Assembly: GCA_021824345.1 (NCBI GenBank)
Contig: JAKAKW010000002.1
Location: 22,552 to 86,551 of the forward strand
Source of the DNA: a bacterium
GTDB taxonomy: Bacteria; Patescibacteriota; Minisyncoccia; Phycocordibacterales; UBA9973
Reading direction: 5' to 3'
Length of the DNA: 64,000 bases
The position numbers and the translations under genes are program-made. The notes under the pieces are model-generated. The model ran no database searches. It saw only the letters and a list, made by a program, of their open reading frames with translations, and had not been told where the DNA came from. Shown one piece after another: positions 1-8,379 of the stretch; within the stretch, counting starts at the first letter, position 1, and every line of letters starts with the position of its first letter.

Positions 1-1
1 G

Positions 2-97
2 TTCTATATTATTTTTCCAGTTAAAGCCACCTTGCTCATCTTTTGTCAGTAAATCATCTACCTTGTCATATGTTTCTTCTTGCGGTGATATTTTCAT
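2..97 (-). CDS. Partial CDS (N-terminus only, runs off the window edge), hypothetical
   Basis: ATG at 97 overlaps the TGA of the 94-915 ORF (ATGA coupling); open frame MKISPQEETYDKVDDLLTKDEQGGFNWKNNIE to the edge. Confidence 0.55.
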   Translation of the reverse strand, partial: MKISPQEETYDKVDDLLTKDEQGGFNWKNNIE

Positions 98-915
98 ATT
101 GGAGAATAAGGATCAAAATCGTCATCCCTTCGGTTAGAATTGAACCGCTCGTTGAATATCTGTTCGCGGATCTTGTCTATGATAATATCTTTTGCAATTT
201 GAATATCAGTCATTCTCAGCTCTTCTAAAAAGTCATCAAGCAGATCGAACGATACAACATCAATTAGAAAATATTTGTTTATTTGGCGATCCTTTTTTAG
301 GTAAGAATAATCAACTCCTAGTTGAAAATTGTTTTCAATCTTTTCATACTTATTTGTGCTATCTTCGGCAACTCTGTATGTTCTTTTAAAAGAATCGAGA
401 ATGATTATAGGATAATCTAGACGATAGCTTTCATAATTGTAATTTTCAAGCGATATTAAGCTGTGAAGCGATCCATTCGTTCCATCATAAAAAATGTCTA
501 CATTTCCAGATTTGGCATTTAGTTTAGCAACAGGCTCATTCTTCAGATAGTGATGAGGTCTTGCTTTTAATTCTTCTGTTACCATAAGCTCGGTGTCTGC
601 ACAGTCTCTCATTATTTGATTTTCTTGAATAAGGTCTTTCGTTTTTTTCATATCCTTTTCCACGAACCACAATACATTGTCATTGTCTACATACTTACAC
701 TCTGCAAAAAGCCGGACAGAAAGTCTCTGACCGCTGTCGCCAATAGAAAATTTCTTTTGCGCCAATATATCAATTTCACGAGGTTTATCTGTAACAGGAT
801 CCGCATAATATTGTCCAACAGTTGCTTCCCACCCAAGAGACTCCAAATGTTTGGCAACCTTTAAATGAAAGCCGTTGCCACTTTTTTCTATTATTTTTAG
901 GATAGAATCATTCAT
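94..915 (-). CDS. Putative PD-(D/E)XK restriction-endonuclease-fold protein
   Basis: 273 aa; GF.LKVAKHL..GW, REIDILA and AECK motifs in nuclease spacing; defence-region context. Confidence 0.6.
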   Translation of the reverse strand: MNDSILKIIEKSGNGFHLKVAKHLESLGWEATVGQYYADPVTDKPREIDILAQKKFSIGDSGQRLSVRLFAECKYVDNDNVLWFVEKDMKKTKDLIQENQIMRDCADTELMVTEELKARPHHYLKNEPVAKLNAKSGNVDIFYDGTNGSLHSLISLENYNYESYRLDYPIIILDSFKRTYRVAEDSTNKYEKIENNFQLGVDYSYLKKDRQINKYFLIDVVSFDLLDDFLEELRMTDIQIAKDIIIDKIREQIFNERFNSNRRDDDFDPYSPI

Positions 916-928
916 TTTTCTAGTTTAC

Positions 929-1336
929 TCATTCATCCCTTAGAAAATCTTCAATATTATTTAATGTGTTTCTTTCTGTATTTAATAAATCCCTTCCCCA
1001 AACTCTTAAAACTTTCCATCCCTCTCTCCGTAATTTTGCCCTGTTTCTTTTGTCTCGCGCAATATTGCCCTCTATCTTTTCCCGCCAATACTTCTTCGGC
1101 AACCTGTTCTTTTCTTTTGCAAAATTCCTTCCGTGCCAGAAATCTCCGTCTATGAATATGGCTATCTTCTTGCGGGGCAGGGCGATATCAGGGGTTCCAG
1201 GGGCTTTTTTGTAATGCTTTTGGAAATAAATCTTCCTTTTCCTGAGCTCCTTGAATGCTATAAGCTCCGGCCTTGTGTTTTTAGAGCGTATTTTCGACAT
1301 TATTTCGCTCCGCTTCTTTTTTGTGAATACGTCCAT
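929..1336 (-). CDS. vsr: Very-short-patch repair endonuclease Vsr
   Basis: MDVFTKKKRSEIMSKIRSKNTRPE, PGTPDI, FIDGDFWHG, GWKVLRVW; divergent from a C5 MTase; start moved to ATG at 1336. Confidence 0.92.
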   Translation of the reverse strand: MDVFTKKKRSEIMSKIRSKNTRPELIAFKELRKRKIYFQKHYKKAPGTPDIALPRKKIAIFIDGDFWHGRNFAKEKNRLPKKYWREKIEGNIARDKRNRAKLRREGWKVLRVWGRDLLNTERNTLNNIEDFLRDE

Positions 1337-1366
1337 CGTTTTTCTGTCTTGCCAATGGCTATTGCC

Positions 1367-1425
1367 TTGCATTTCGGTTTTTGTTCGGTATAATAGGATT
1401 ATATACCTAATATTTTTTATCGCAA
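1367..1425. promoter_or_regulatory. Overlapping divergent sigma70 promoters with a TTCGG-N6-TTCGG direct repeat (candidate LexA operator)
   Basis: + strand TTGCAT(1367)-16-TATAAT(1389); - strand TTGCGA(1425-1420)-16-TATAAT(1403-1398); TTCGG at 1373 and 1384 in the + promoter spacer. Confidence 0.55.
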
Positions 1426-1426
1426 T

Positions 1427-3010
1427 ATGGAAACGTTAACAAAAAAGCAGAAGCAGGTTCTTGATTTCATAAACGCATACAGGGCGGAGAACGGCATTTC
1501 GCCCACGATCGAGGAAATAAGAAAAGGCCTGAAGCTGAAGGCGGTTTCTACCGTGCACGAGCACGTGAATGCCTTGAAGGAGAAAGGATACATATCCGGC
1601 GAGGAAAATTCTGCAAGAAGCCTTGTTCCTAAAAAGGCGATAAAGACGATAGTTGAAATCCCCATAGTGGGAAGAATAGCCGCGGGCGACCCTATTGAGG
1701 CTATTGAAGACTTTCAGGACACTGTTTCCATATCCGATCCTTCAATAAAAAGCCACAAAGATTATTACGCCTTGAAAGTGGCAGGCGATAGCATGATAGA
1801 AGAGGGAATATTCGACGGAGATATAGTGGTGATAAAAAAGCAGTCTTCGGCGGAAAACGGGCAGACGGTTGTTGCTATCATTGATGATGAAAAAGCCACC
1901 TTGAAGAAGCTATACAGGGAAAAAGACCGATTCAGGCTGCAGCCGGCAAATTCAAGGATGAAGCCTCTTTTTAGGACGGAAGTAGAGGTAAGGGGAGTTG
2001 TGGCGCAAATAATCAGAAACTTGGCTAATGCGCAAAATACCGCAGAGGAGAAAAAGGTGACAACAAGCAAATTCAGGACAATTGATTTATTCGCGGGGAT
2101 AGGAGGAATAAGGATAGGGTTCGAGAAGGCAGGGTTTAATACCGTCTTTGCAAACGATTTCGATGAACAGTGCAAGAAAACCTATGATTTGAATTTTCCT
2201 ACTTCTAAATTGGTGGTGGAAGACATAAGAAAACTAGGAATAGAGGATCTACCTGATTTTGATTTTCTCTTGGGCGGGTTTCCTTGCCAGGCCTTTTCCA
2301 TAGCGGGGTATAGGCAGGGCTTCAAGGATGAAAAGGGAAGAGGAAACTTGTTTTTTGATATTGCCAGGATAATTGAAGCGCGGAAGCCTGAAGGGTTCCT
2401 GTTGGAAAACGTTAAGAATCTTAAAAGCCACGACAATGGCAAGACTTTCAGAGTGATAGAAAAAACCTTGAAAGAATTGGGATATCACATACAAACAAAA
2501 GTTTTGAATACCATGGACTACGGCAATGTTCCGCAGAATAGGGAAAGGATATACATAGTCGGGTTCAAGGATAAAAATCGCGCGGATAGGTTTTCCTTCC
2601 CCGAGCCCGTAAAGCTTAGGAGGAAAGTCACCCATTTATTGGATAAGAAAGTTCCAGAAAAATATTACTATAACGGCAAGCCTCTTTATGAAAAGCTCAA
2701 GCATTTTGTAAAAGAAGAGGGAAAAGTATATCAGTGGAGGCGCCAGTATGTGAGAGAAAATAAGAGCGGAGTATGTCCGACCTTGACGGCGAATATGGGA
2801 ATGGGGGGGCATAATGTGCCCATTATCAAAGACAAGAAAGGAATACGGAAGCTTACTCCCCGGGAGTGCGCCCGCATACAGGGATTCTCCGATGATTACA
2901 AGCTTCCCGAAATTGCGGATTCCGCGCTATATAAGCAATTAGGGAATTCTGTCAGCGTGCCTGTTATAGAAGCAGTAGCCAAGCAGATGAAGAAAGTTCT
3001 AAACGGCTAA
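1427..3010 (+). CDS. LexA repressor fused to a DNA (cytosine-5)-methyltransferase
   Basis: N-half: wHTH (LTKKQKQVLDFI..SPTIEEI), cleavage site RIAAG, catalytic GDSM and ATLKK. C-half: C5-MTase motifs DLFAGIGG, GGFPCQ, ENVKNL, PQNRERIY, YKQLGNSV. One continuous ORF. Confidence 0.93.
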   Translation: METLTKKQKQVLDFINAYRAENGISPTIEEIRKGLKLKAVSTVHEHVNALKEKGYISGEENSARSLVPKKAIKTIVEIPIVGRIAAGDPIEAIEDFQDTVSISDPSIKSHKDYYALKVAGDSMIEEGIFDGDIVVIKKQSSAENGQTVVAIIDDEKATLKKLYREKDRFRLQPANSRMKPLFRTEVEVRGVVAQIIRNLANAQNTAEEKKVTTSKFRTIDLFAGIGGIRIGFEKAGFNTVFANDFDEQCKKTYDLNFPTSKLVVEDIRKLGIEDLPDFDFLLGGFPCQAFSIAGYRQGFKDEKGRGNLFFDIARIIEARKPEGFLLENVKNLKSHDNGKTFRVIEKTLKELGYHIQTKVLNTMDYGNVPQNRERIYIVGFKDKNRADRFSFPEPVKLRRKVTHLLDKKVPEKYYYNGKPLYEKLKHFVKEEGKVYQWRRQYVRENKSGVCPTLTANMGMGGHNVPIIKDKKGIRKLTPRECARIQGFSDDYKLPEIADSALYKQLGNSVSVPVIEAVAKQMKKVLNG

Positions 3011-3945
3011 GCCTTTCATTTTTTTGAACAGGTTTTCCATATCCTTTAAATCATCCCAATATACGAACATGTTATCATTATTAAAAGACATGCCTTTAAA
3101 GTTTTTACCCGCGGCTAGTTCCTGAAAATCATTCCTAGAGGCCCAGCCCCTTCTTTCAACTCGTATGCCGTTAAGAGCCGGAAAATCAGAAAATATTTCT
3201 TCTCCCCGGCCTCCCAAGCTCCTGAAAAATCTCTGCCCGGTGCTGGATTTTTTCCAATGCACTTTATAGCCTATGAATAATCCCGCTTGCCTGTCTCCCT
3301 CGAATTCATTTTTTGAAATCAGCATGAAATACTGCACGTCTTTTACCTGTATCTTGGTTTTTGGGGCAAAATAAGAACCTCCGGAAAACTTTATTTTCTT
3401 TACATCCTGCCCCTCATCTGTGTTTGAGGTTCCGATATAAAAATCCCTGTTCAGTTCTATACCTATACCATGTTTCTCGCAGTCCATCTTAAAGGCCACT
3501 TCATTTAAAAGGCCTTTAGTAATATCCATCATGGCCTCTATATCATATCTTGTTTTTCCGCTTGAATACAATGTAATAAAATTTTCATTTACCGCTTTCT
3601 TTGCCCAATTAAATTCCCCTATAATGCTTCCAGGGGGATTAAAATAGAGTTATCAAGGACAGATTGGCAATATTCCGAAATTTTTTTAAAACTAGTAAAT
3701 CCGTTTTTAATCGATCCGTTTCCCTGTGCGAGATTCTCAATCTTATTTGAGGAATTGGCTGATCCGCCTGCTACTCTCCTAAATTGGCCCAAGGATACGC
3801 TTTCATATCCGTAAGGTCCAAGTATTTCATTTACAATTTCAAATACTCTAGGCAGGGCGTTTTCTTCTTCAAAGAAAATGTTTGTGTCTTCCTTTATGCC
3901 CCGGTTTGCTATGTTATCAGGGATTTTTATTTTCTCATTATTCAT
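2999..3945 (-). pseudogene. Putative restriction endonuclease split by a 1-nt frameshift in a C5 run
   Basis: Upstream frame (ATG 3945, MNNEKIKIP) stops at 3619; downstream frame is open 3649-2999; one extra C in CCCCC (3633-3637) joins them (SILIPPGSIIGEF); C-part has DEGQD...KIQVK nuclease-like motif; convergent with the MTase. Confidence 0.55.
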
Positions 3946-3946
3946 T

Positions 3947-4043
3947 TGTCCCCGGGCCAGGAGATTATTATAACTATCCTGTCGGACGGGGAATATATGG
4001 GGAGTTTGCATAACAAGCTCCTTTTTATCAGGGAAATGAGATA
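3947..4043. repeat. Junction repeat copy R1
   Basis: TGTCC-ccgggcca-GGAGATTATTATAACtATCCtgtcGGAcGGGGAATATATGGGGAG...GGAAATGAGATA; matches the copies at 6345, 7332 and 8254. Confidence 0.9.
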
Positions 4044-4110
4044 GGATAGGGGCGCTTTTAATTATTGTTTTAATTATTGCGGTTCCAAGGCATTGAACCA
4101 TTACGATACC

Positions 4111-4139
4111 TTGACATATAGCATAAAATGCTGTATTAT
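4111..4139 (+). promoter_or_regulatory. Near-consensus sigma70 promoter for the REC/radical SAM unit
   Basis: TTGACA(4111)-17 nt-TATTAT(4134). Confidence 0.7.
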
Positions 4140-4178
4140 ATTTATAATTTCTGATCGTTGACAATCATCTCTTGTCTC

Positions 4179-4236
4179 GATTTGTTGATTAGTTTTTGTC
4201 TCCTTCTTAAAGGAGGTAGAAACTAATTAACAAATC
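4179..4236 (+). other. 27-bp RNA hairpin in the 5' leader
   Basis: GATTTGTTGATTAGTTTTTGTCTCCTT / AAGGAGGTAGAAACTAATTAACAAATC; all four non-Watson-Crick pairs are G-U. Confidence 0.75.
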
Positions 4237-4264
4237 TAAACAATCAATATAGGAGAAAATCTAA

Positions 4265-5056
4265 ATGGAAAAAAATATCAAAGTGTTCGCTTTAGGAAGC
4301 GAAAATGATACTGTATTACTTGCCTTGAAACAGGCACTTTCTATAACCGGCATAACTTTCATTAAGGACGTTGTAGAATCCGATCTAGTGGTTTCAACAT
4401 CAATTCACGACGTTGGCAGGATATATAATCCTGAGAAAAACTACGCTGTTGTCTCGATGGGGGAAAAGAAAACTGCTACATTACCTCGTAATGTAGAAAT
4501 TTTCAACGGCCCGCCTAATCTTCTTGAAATTCTGAAATATATTTCTTCAATTGAGGTCTCTCAAGAAGAAGAAATACAAAAAGCAGAATTACTTCCTGAT
4601 GCAAAAAAGATTCTTGTTGTTGACGATACTCTTAGGCATCGAAATAGCGCAAAGGATCTATTAAAAGGTCATATTTTGACAATAGTTGATGGATACGAAC
4701 TGGCGCTTGACGCTCTTTCGTCGCAGAAGTTTGATGTCGTTCTTACAGATCTTAAACTTCCCATGAGCTCTTCCATACTTTCCCCGAACGTATTTAAATG
4801 GGGTGAGCTGGAAAATTATGGAGTGTTTATCATGTTAGAGGCTGCAAGGGTTGGTGTAAAGCACATAGCAATTGTCACTGACCTAAATCATCATCTTGAT
4901 CCTTTTTCCGCCGCTTTTGATCACTTTTCTCAGTATTTGTTTAATATTAACGGCTCGGATGCAGTCATGATTCATGCCAACTTGGTTGATAACAAAAAAG
5001 GAGAGACGGTAAAAGATTGGGGAGAAGCACTATCACGGGTTATGTCTGCTGAATAA
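4265..5056 (+). CDS. Protein with C-terminal atypical response-regulator receiver domain
   Basis: KKILVVDD, FDVVLTDLKLP, IAIVT; unknown ~105-aa N-domain; AGGAG RBS. Confidence 0.7.
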   Translation: MEKNIKVFALGSENDTVLLALKQALSITGITFIKDVVESDLVVSTSIHDVGRIYNPEKNYAVVSMGEKKTATLPRNVEIFNGPPNLLEILKYISSIEVSQEEEIQKAELLPDAKKILVVDDTLRHRNSAKDLLKGHILTIVDGYELALDALSSQKFDVVLTDLKLPMSSSILSPNVFKWGELENYGVFIMLEAARVGVKHIAIVTDLNHHLDPFSAAFDHFSQYLFNINGSDAVMIHANLVDNKKGETVKDWGEALSRVMSAE

Positions 5057-5093
5057 AGTGACTTGTTAAATAACTATTTTAGGAGGAACAGAC

Positions 5094-6221
5094 GTGAAAA
5101 GACAACTCAAAAAATTCCAACTAGAAGGTTTTCCATCCAAGAAAGAAATCATTAAAGCAGAAAAAGAAATCTTTCCATTAGTCTTATCTCCTTCCGTGAG
5201 TGCGCTCTGTAATCTGAGGTGTATATACTGTTATACTCGTGCTGGAAAAAAATTACCCGGAGAATTAGATTTTGCAGATCATGCGAAAGCAATCAATGAA
5301 TTTACTGAGCTTAATAGGCACAACAAATACATGATTATTGCAATGATGGGGGAAACTTTTTTGGATAAAAGTCTTTATAATGTAAAGGGAAAAAATATTG
5401 TTGATCCTATTACAAAAAAGAACTTTGTATCCAAGTTTCCCATTATAGATTATGCAAATAGATGCGGTATCAAGGTGGTCTTTTTCACAAACACTACCGT
5501 AATAAATAAAAAGATAGCCGAAGAACTAAAGGGTAAAAATGTTTCCATCATAGGTAAACTTAACACACTCAATCCTAAATTACAGGAAGAAATGACGGGC
5601 GGAAAAGGATTCTTTGTTGAAGAAGAATGGGTAGACTACGAATATTTGGTTGGAGGCAAGAAAAAAAAGATAAAAATCCCGAAAGGTCTTAATGCTTTGA
5701 TTGAAGCAGGATTTAACAAAATCAACGAAAGAGGCAATACAAGTTTAGGAGTTGATATAATCCTTACTGAAAAAAATTACAAGGATGTTCCTAAGGTTGT
5801 AGAATTTTGTCTAGAGAATTTTATTCATCCTGTTTTAGATACAATGCTTCCTATAGGATCAGCGGCAGAAAATTATTTTGAGCTGAAACTAAAAACGGAA
5901 ACAAACAGATGGCTATACAAAAGATTGCTTCAGCTGCTAGGTTCAAATTTTGCCGAGGCGGAATTTACCGGCAATCCATGTTCAACTTTTCGCGCCGGCA
6001 TTGCCTATGATAATTTCGGTAATGTGCGAATGTGTTGCGGAGGTGAAGCTGACGGTATAGGCAATATCAAAAGGGATAGCCTTAAGGATATTTATCAAAA
6101 AATGATTAGATACAAGGGGAATTTCCTGTCTAATTTAAGAGAAAATAAACTTGGCAATGACGTATTTCCTGAATGTCCAGTAGCAAATTATTTTCGAAAA
6201 GAATTAGAGAAAAGTATCTAA
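5094..6221 (+). CDS. Radical SAM protein with C-terminal SPASM/twitch-like cysteines
   Basis: CNLRCIYC motif; C-terminal C..G...GNVRMCC...IGNI...CP; AGGAGG RBS before GTG. Confidence 0.88.
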   Translation: MKRQLKKFQLEGFPSKKEIIKAEKEIFPLVLSPSVSALCNLRCIYCYTRAGKKLPGELDFADHAKAINEFTELNRHNKYMIIAMMGETFLDKSLYNVKGKNIVDPITKKNFVSKFPIIDYANRCGIKVVFFTNTTVINKKIAEELKGKNVSIIGKLNTLNPKLQEEMTGGKGFFVEEEWVDYEYLVGGKKKKIKIPKGLNALIEAGFNKINERGNTSLGVDIILTEKNYKDVPKVVEFCLENFIHPVLDTMLPIGSAAENYFELKLKTETNRWLYKRLLQLLGSNFAEAEFTGNPCSTFRAGIAYDNFGNVRMCCGGEADGIGNIKRDSLKDIYQKMIRYKGNFLSNLRENKLGNDVFPECPVANYFRKELEKSI

Positions 6222-6238
6222 TTATATTAACTTCTTGA

Positions 6239-6270
6239 AGGCCGGACTGGTAAACAGTCTGGCCTTTTAT
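6239..6270 (+). terminator. Intrinsic terminator
   Basis: GGCCGGACTG-gtaaa-CAGTCTGGCC followed by TTTTAT, just after the radical SAM stop. Confidence 0.75.
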
Positions 6271-6288
6271 ATATCTTATCTTGGAGGC

Positions 6289-6439
6289 GGTTCGATTCCT
6301 GTCTGGTCAAAACCCCTTGCTATTGTTAGCTTAGAGAAAATCCGTGTCCCCGGCTCAGGAGATTATTATAACCATCCTATCGGATGGGGAATATATGGGA
6401 AGTTTGTATAATAAACTGTTGTTAATAAAGGAAATGACA
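6289..6439. repeat. Junction repeat copy R2 (core from 6345) with ~55-bp left flank shared with R3
   Basis: TCGATtCCtGTCTGGTCA...TTGTTAGCTTAGAGAAAATCCG-TGTCC-ccggctca-GGAGATTATTATAACCATCCtatcGGATGGGGAATATATGGG. Confidence 0.9.
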
Positions 6440-6494
6440 GCAATCTGAAAAAGATTAGTCTAAGGCTGTAAGATAGCTGTATAATAATAGAGAG

Positions 6495-7277
6495 ATGAAA
6501 ACAGCAATGCCACAAAAAGTAAAAAAAGTACTTGAAGAACTTTCAAATTTTTTTCAAGAAGTTCTAGGGAGAAATTTGGTTGGAATATATTTACACGGCT
6601 CATTAGCTATGGGGTGTTTTAATCCGGCTTCAAGCGATATAGATATTATTGCAGTTATAAAAGGCAAATTATCTTTACAGGCGAAGAATAAATTGCAGGC
6701 CGGAATTAGATTATCATCAAAAAAGTATCCACAGAACGAGTTTGAGATAAGCGTAGTGAAACAAGATGTATTGCGTAAGTTTAAATATCCTACGCCTTTT
6801 GAATTTCATTTTTCAAAATCATCTAAAAATGTAAGTGCCAAAAACAATACGGGTTACGATAATGACTTGGTTGCCCATTTTGCCATGGTTAAAAAGAGAG
6901 GACTCTGTTTATATGGAAAACCAATTAGGTCAATTTTTCCCAACATACCCAAAAAGTATTTTCTTAAGTCTATAGCGCAGGATGCCAAATGGAGTGCGGA
7001 AAATGTGCGCAAGGCAAAAGAGAAAGGAAAATGTCCTGTACCGACTTATGCCGTATTGAACTTTTGCCGGGCCATTGCTTTCATCAGAAGTAATGAGTTC
7101 TTTTCAAAGAAGGAAGGCGGTGAATGGGGTCTAAAGCATCTACCGAAGAAATATGCGCCAATAATAAAAGAGGCGTTAAAAAAATACAGGAAAAGAAATT
7201 CCGCAAAGACGGTTGATTCCGAACTATTGAAACAGTTTAGCGAATATTCTTGGAATGTAATAAAGAAATATTACTAG
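6495..7277 (+). CDS. Aminoglycoside adenylyltransferase-like nucleotidyltransferase (AadA/ANT-like, DUF4111-type C-terminus)
   Basis: LVGIYLHGSLAMG..NPASSDIDI polymerase-beta NTase motif; D.DL.AH, YAVLNFCR, SKKEGGEW. Confidence 0.8.
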   Translation: MKTAMPQKVKKVLEELSNFFQEVLGRNLVGIYLHGSLAMGCFNPASSDIDIIAVIKGKLSLQAKNKLQAGIRLSSKKYPQNEFEISVVKQDVLRKFKYPTPFEFHFSKSSKNVSAKNNTGYDNDLVAHFAMVKKRGLCLYGKPIRSIFPNIPKKYFLKSIAQDAKWSAENVRKAKEKGKCPVPTYAVLNFCRAIAFIRSNEFFSKKEGGEWGLKHLPKKYAPIIKEALKKYRKRNSAKTVDSELLKQFSEYSWNVIKKYY

Positions 7278-7278
7278 C

Positions 7279-7415
7279 TCGATCCCGGTCTGGTCAGAAT
7301 ACCTTGCCATTGTTAGCTTAGAGAAAATCCGTGTCCCGGCGGGAGGAGTTTATTATAACCATCCTTTCGGATGGGGAATATATGGGGAACTTATATAATA
7401 AATTGTTGTTTATAA
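7279..7415. repeat. Junction repeat copy R3 (core from 7332)
   Basis: TCGATCCCGGTCTGGTCAGAATACCTT...TTAGCTTAGAGAAAATCCG-TGTCC-cggcggga-GGAGtTTATTATAACCATCCtttcGGATGGGGAATATATGGGG. Confidence 0.9.
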
Positions 7416-7452
7416 ATTCCCTGAAAAATTCTTAAATGGTTTTTAGTAAAAA

Positions 7453-8091
7453 CTATTTGCCTAATTCTTGAGCTGATTTAGCAACTTCATCGTTGAACAT
7501 TCCTTGAATACCTGCTACGTATTTGTTCGCTTCTTCACCCGTAACCTCGGTTGATTCACCTGTGGCAAAATTTACCGCCTTAACAACATACCCGTTATTT
7601 TCGGCAGAAATGTCGTAAATAAATACATTCTCCGGGTCAAGGTCAGCCTCGACTTTCGCATTTTCTTGTAATTTGTCCAATGGTGTGAATGCGTCCATTT
7701 CATTAAAAGCTGATTTCTCACCTTTTATACCCGAGGTTTTATTCAAAACCATTCTGTCAGCTGAGCCATCAAGATTGTTATCGATAAGTAGTCGCCCTCC
7801 ATTCTTTTCTTCACTCATCATCCATTTTGCCTTTCCATTTTCATCATAACCCACGATTAATTTCTGACCATCGGGCGATACCCATTTCTCTACTTTTGTA
7901 TTTCCAATATTGCCTTTCTGGCCTTTCTCTGATATTTGCAAAACAATCTTTTGCTCATTCTGTTTAGCCAGAGCTTTTAGGTCATCTATGTTTTTTCCTC
8001 CTTTTTCTAAAGCTTGGGCAAACCCGGGAAGATTCATAAGTACGGACAATGCTACTACTTTTGATACAGTCTTTATCTTTTCAAAATTCAT
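7453..8091 (-). CDS. Hypothetical secreted protein
   Basis: 212 aa; signal peptide-like N-terminus ending AQA; DNNLDGSAD motif resembling a Ca-binding loop. Confidence 0.75.
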   Translation of the reverse strand: MNFEKIKTVSKVVALSVLMNLPGFAQALEKGGKNIDDLKALAKQNEQKIVLQISEKGQKGNIGNTKVEKWVSPDGQKLIVGYDENGKAKWMMSEEKNGGRLLIDNNLDGSADRMVLNKTSGIKGEKSAFNEMDAFTPLDKLQENAKVEADLDPENVFIYDISAENNGYVVKAVNFATGESTEVTGEEANKYVAGIQGMFNDEVAKSAQELGK

Positions 8092-8253
8092 AATATTTGC
8101 TAGTTATTCTTAAATTAAGATATGGTGATTGCGACGTTTTATTTATACAATTTTTTTGTAAATGATACAAGATAGCCAAGTGACTAGGACACTTCTAGTT
8201 ATAAGTACCATCTCCTAACGACAAAAGAGCCTTAGTTTATAAGGACGAAAATT

Positions 8254-8350
8254 TGTCCGCGGTCCAGGAGATTATTATAACCATTCTTTCGGATGGGGAA
8301 TATATGGGGAGCTTGTATAACAAGCTTCTTTTTATTAAGGAAATGAGATA
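8254..8350. repeat. Junction repeat copy R4
   Basis: TGTCC-gcggtcca-GGAGATTATTATAACCATtCtttcGGATGGGGAATATATGGGGAGCTTGTATAACAAGCTT...GGAAATGAGATA. Confidence 0.9.
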
Positions 8351-8379
8351 AAATAAAATATTTTAATTTCCAAGAACCT

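Noticed and set aside
3946-4164. N-terminal extension of the 3619-4164 ORF
   Set aside because: It runs through repeat R1 and the opposite-strand promoter; ATG 3945 is the more plausible start
3947-8350. CRISPR array or canonical integron attC sites for repeats R1-R4
   Set aside because: Spacing is 0.9-2.4 kb with whole genes between; no cas genes; no consistent RYYYAAC...GTTRRRY ends; integrase lacks the IntI insertion
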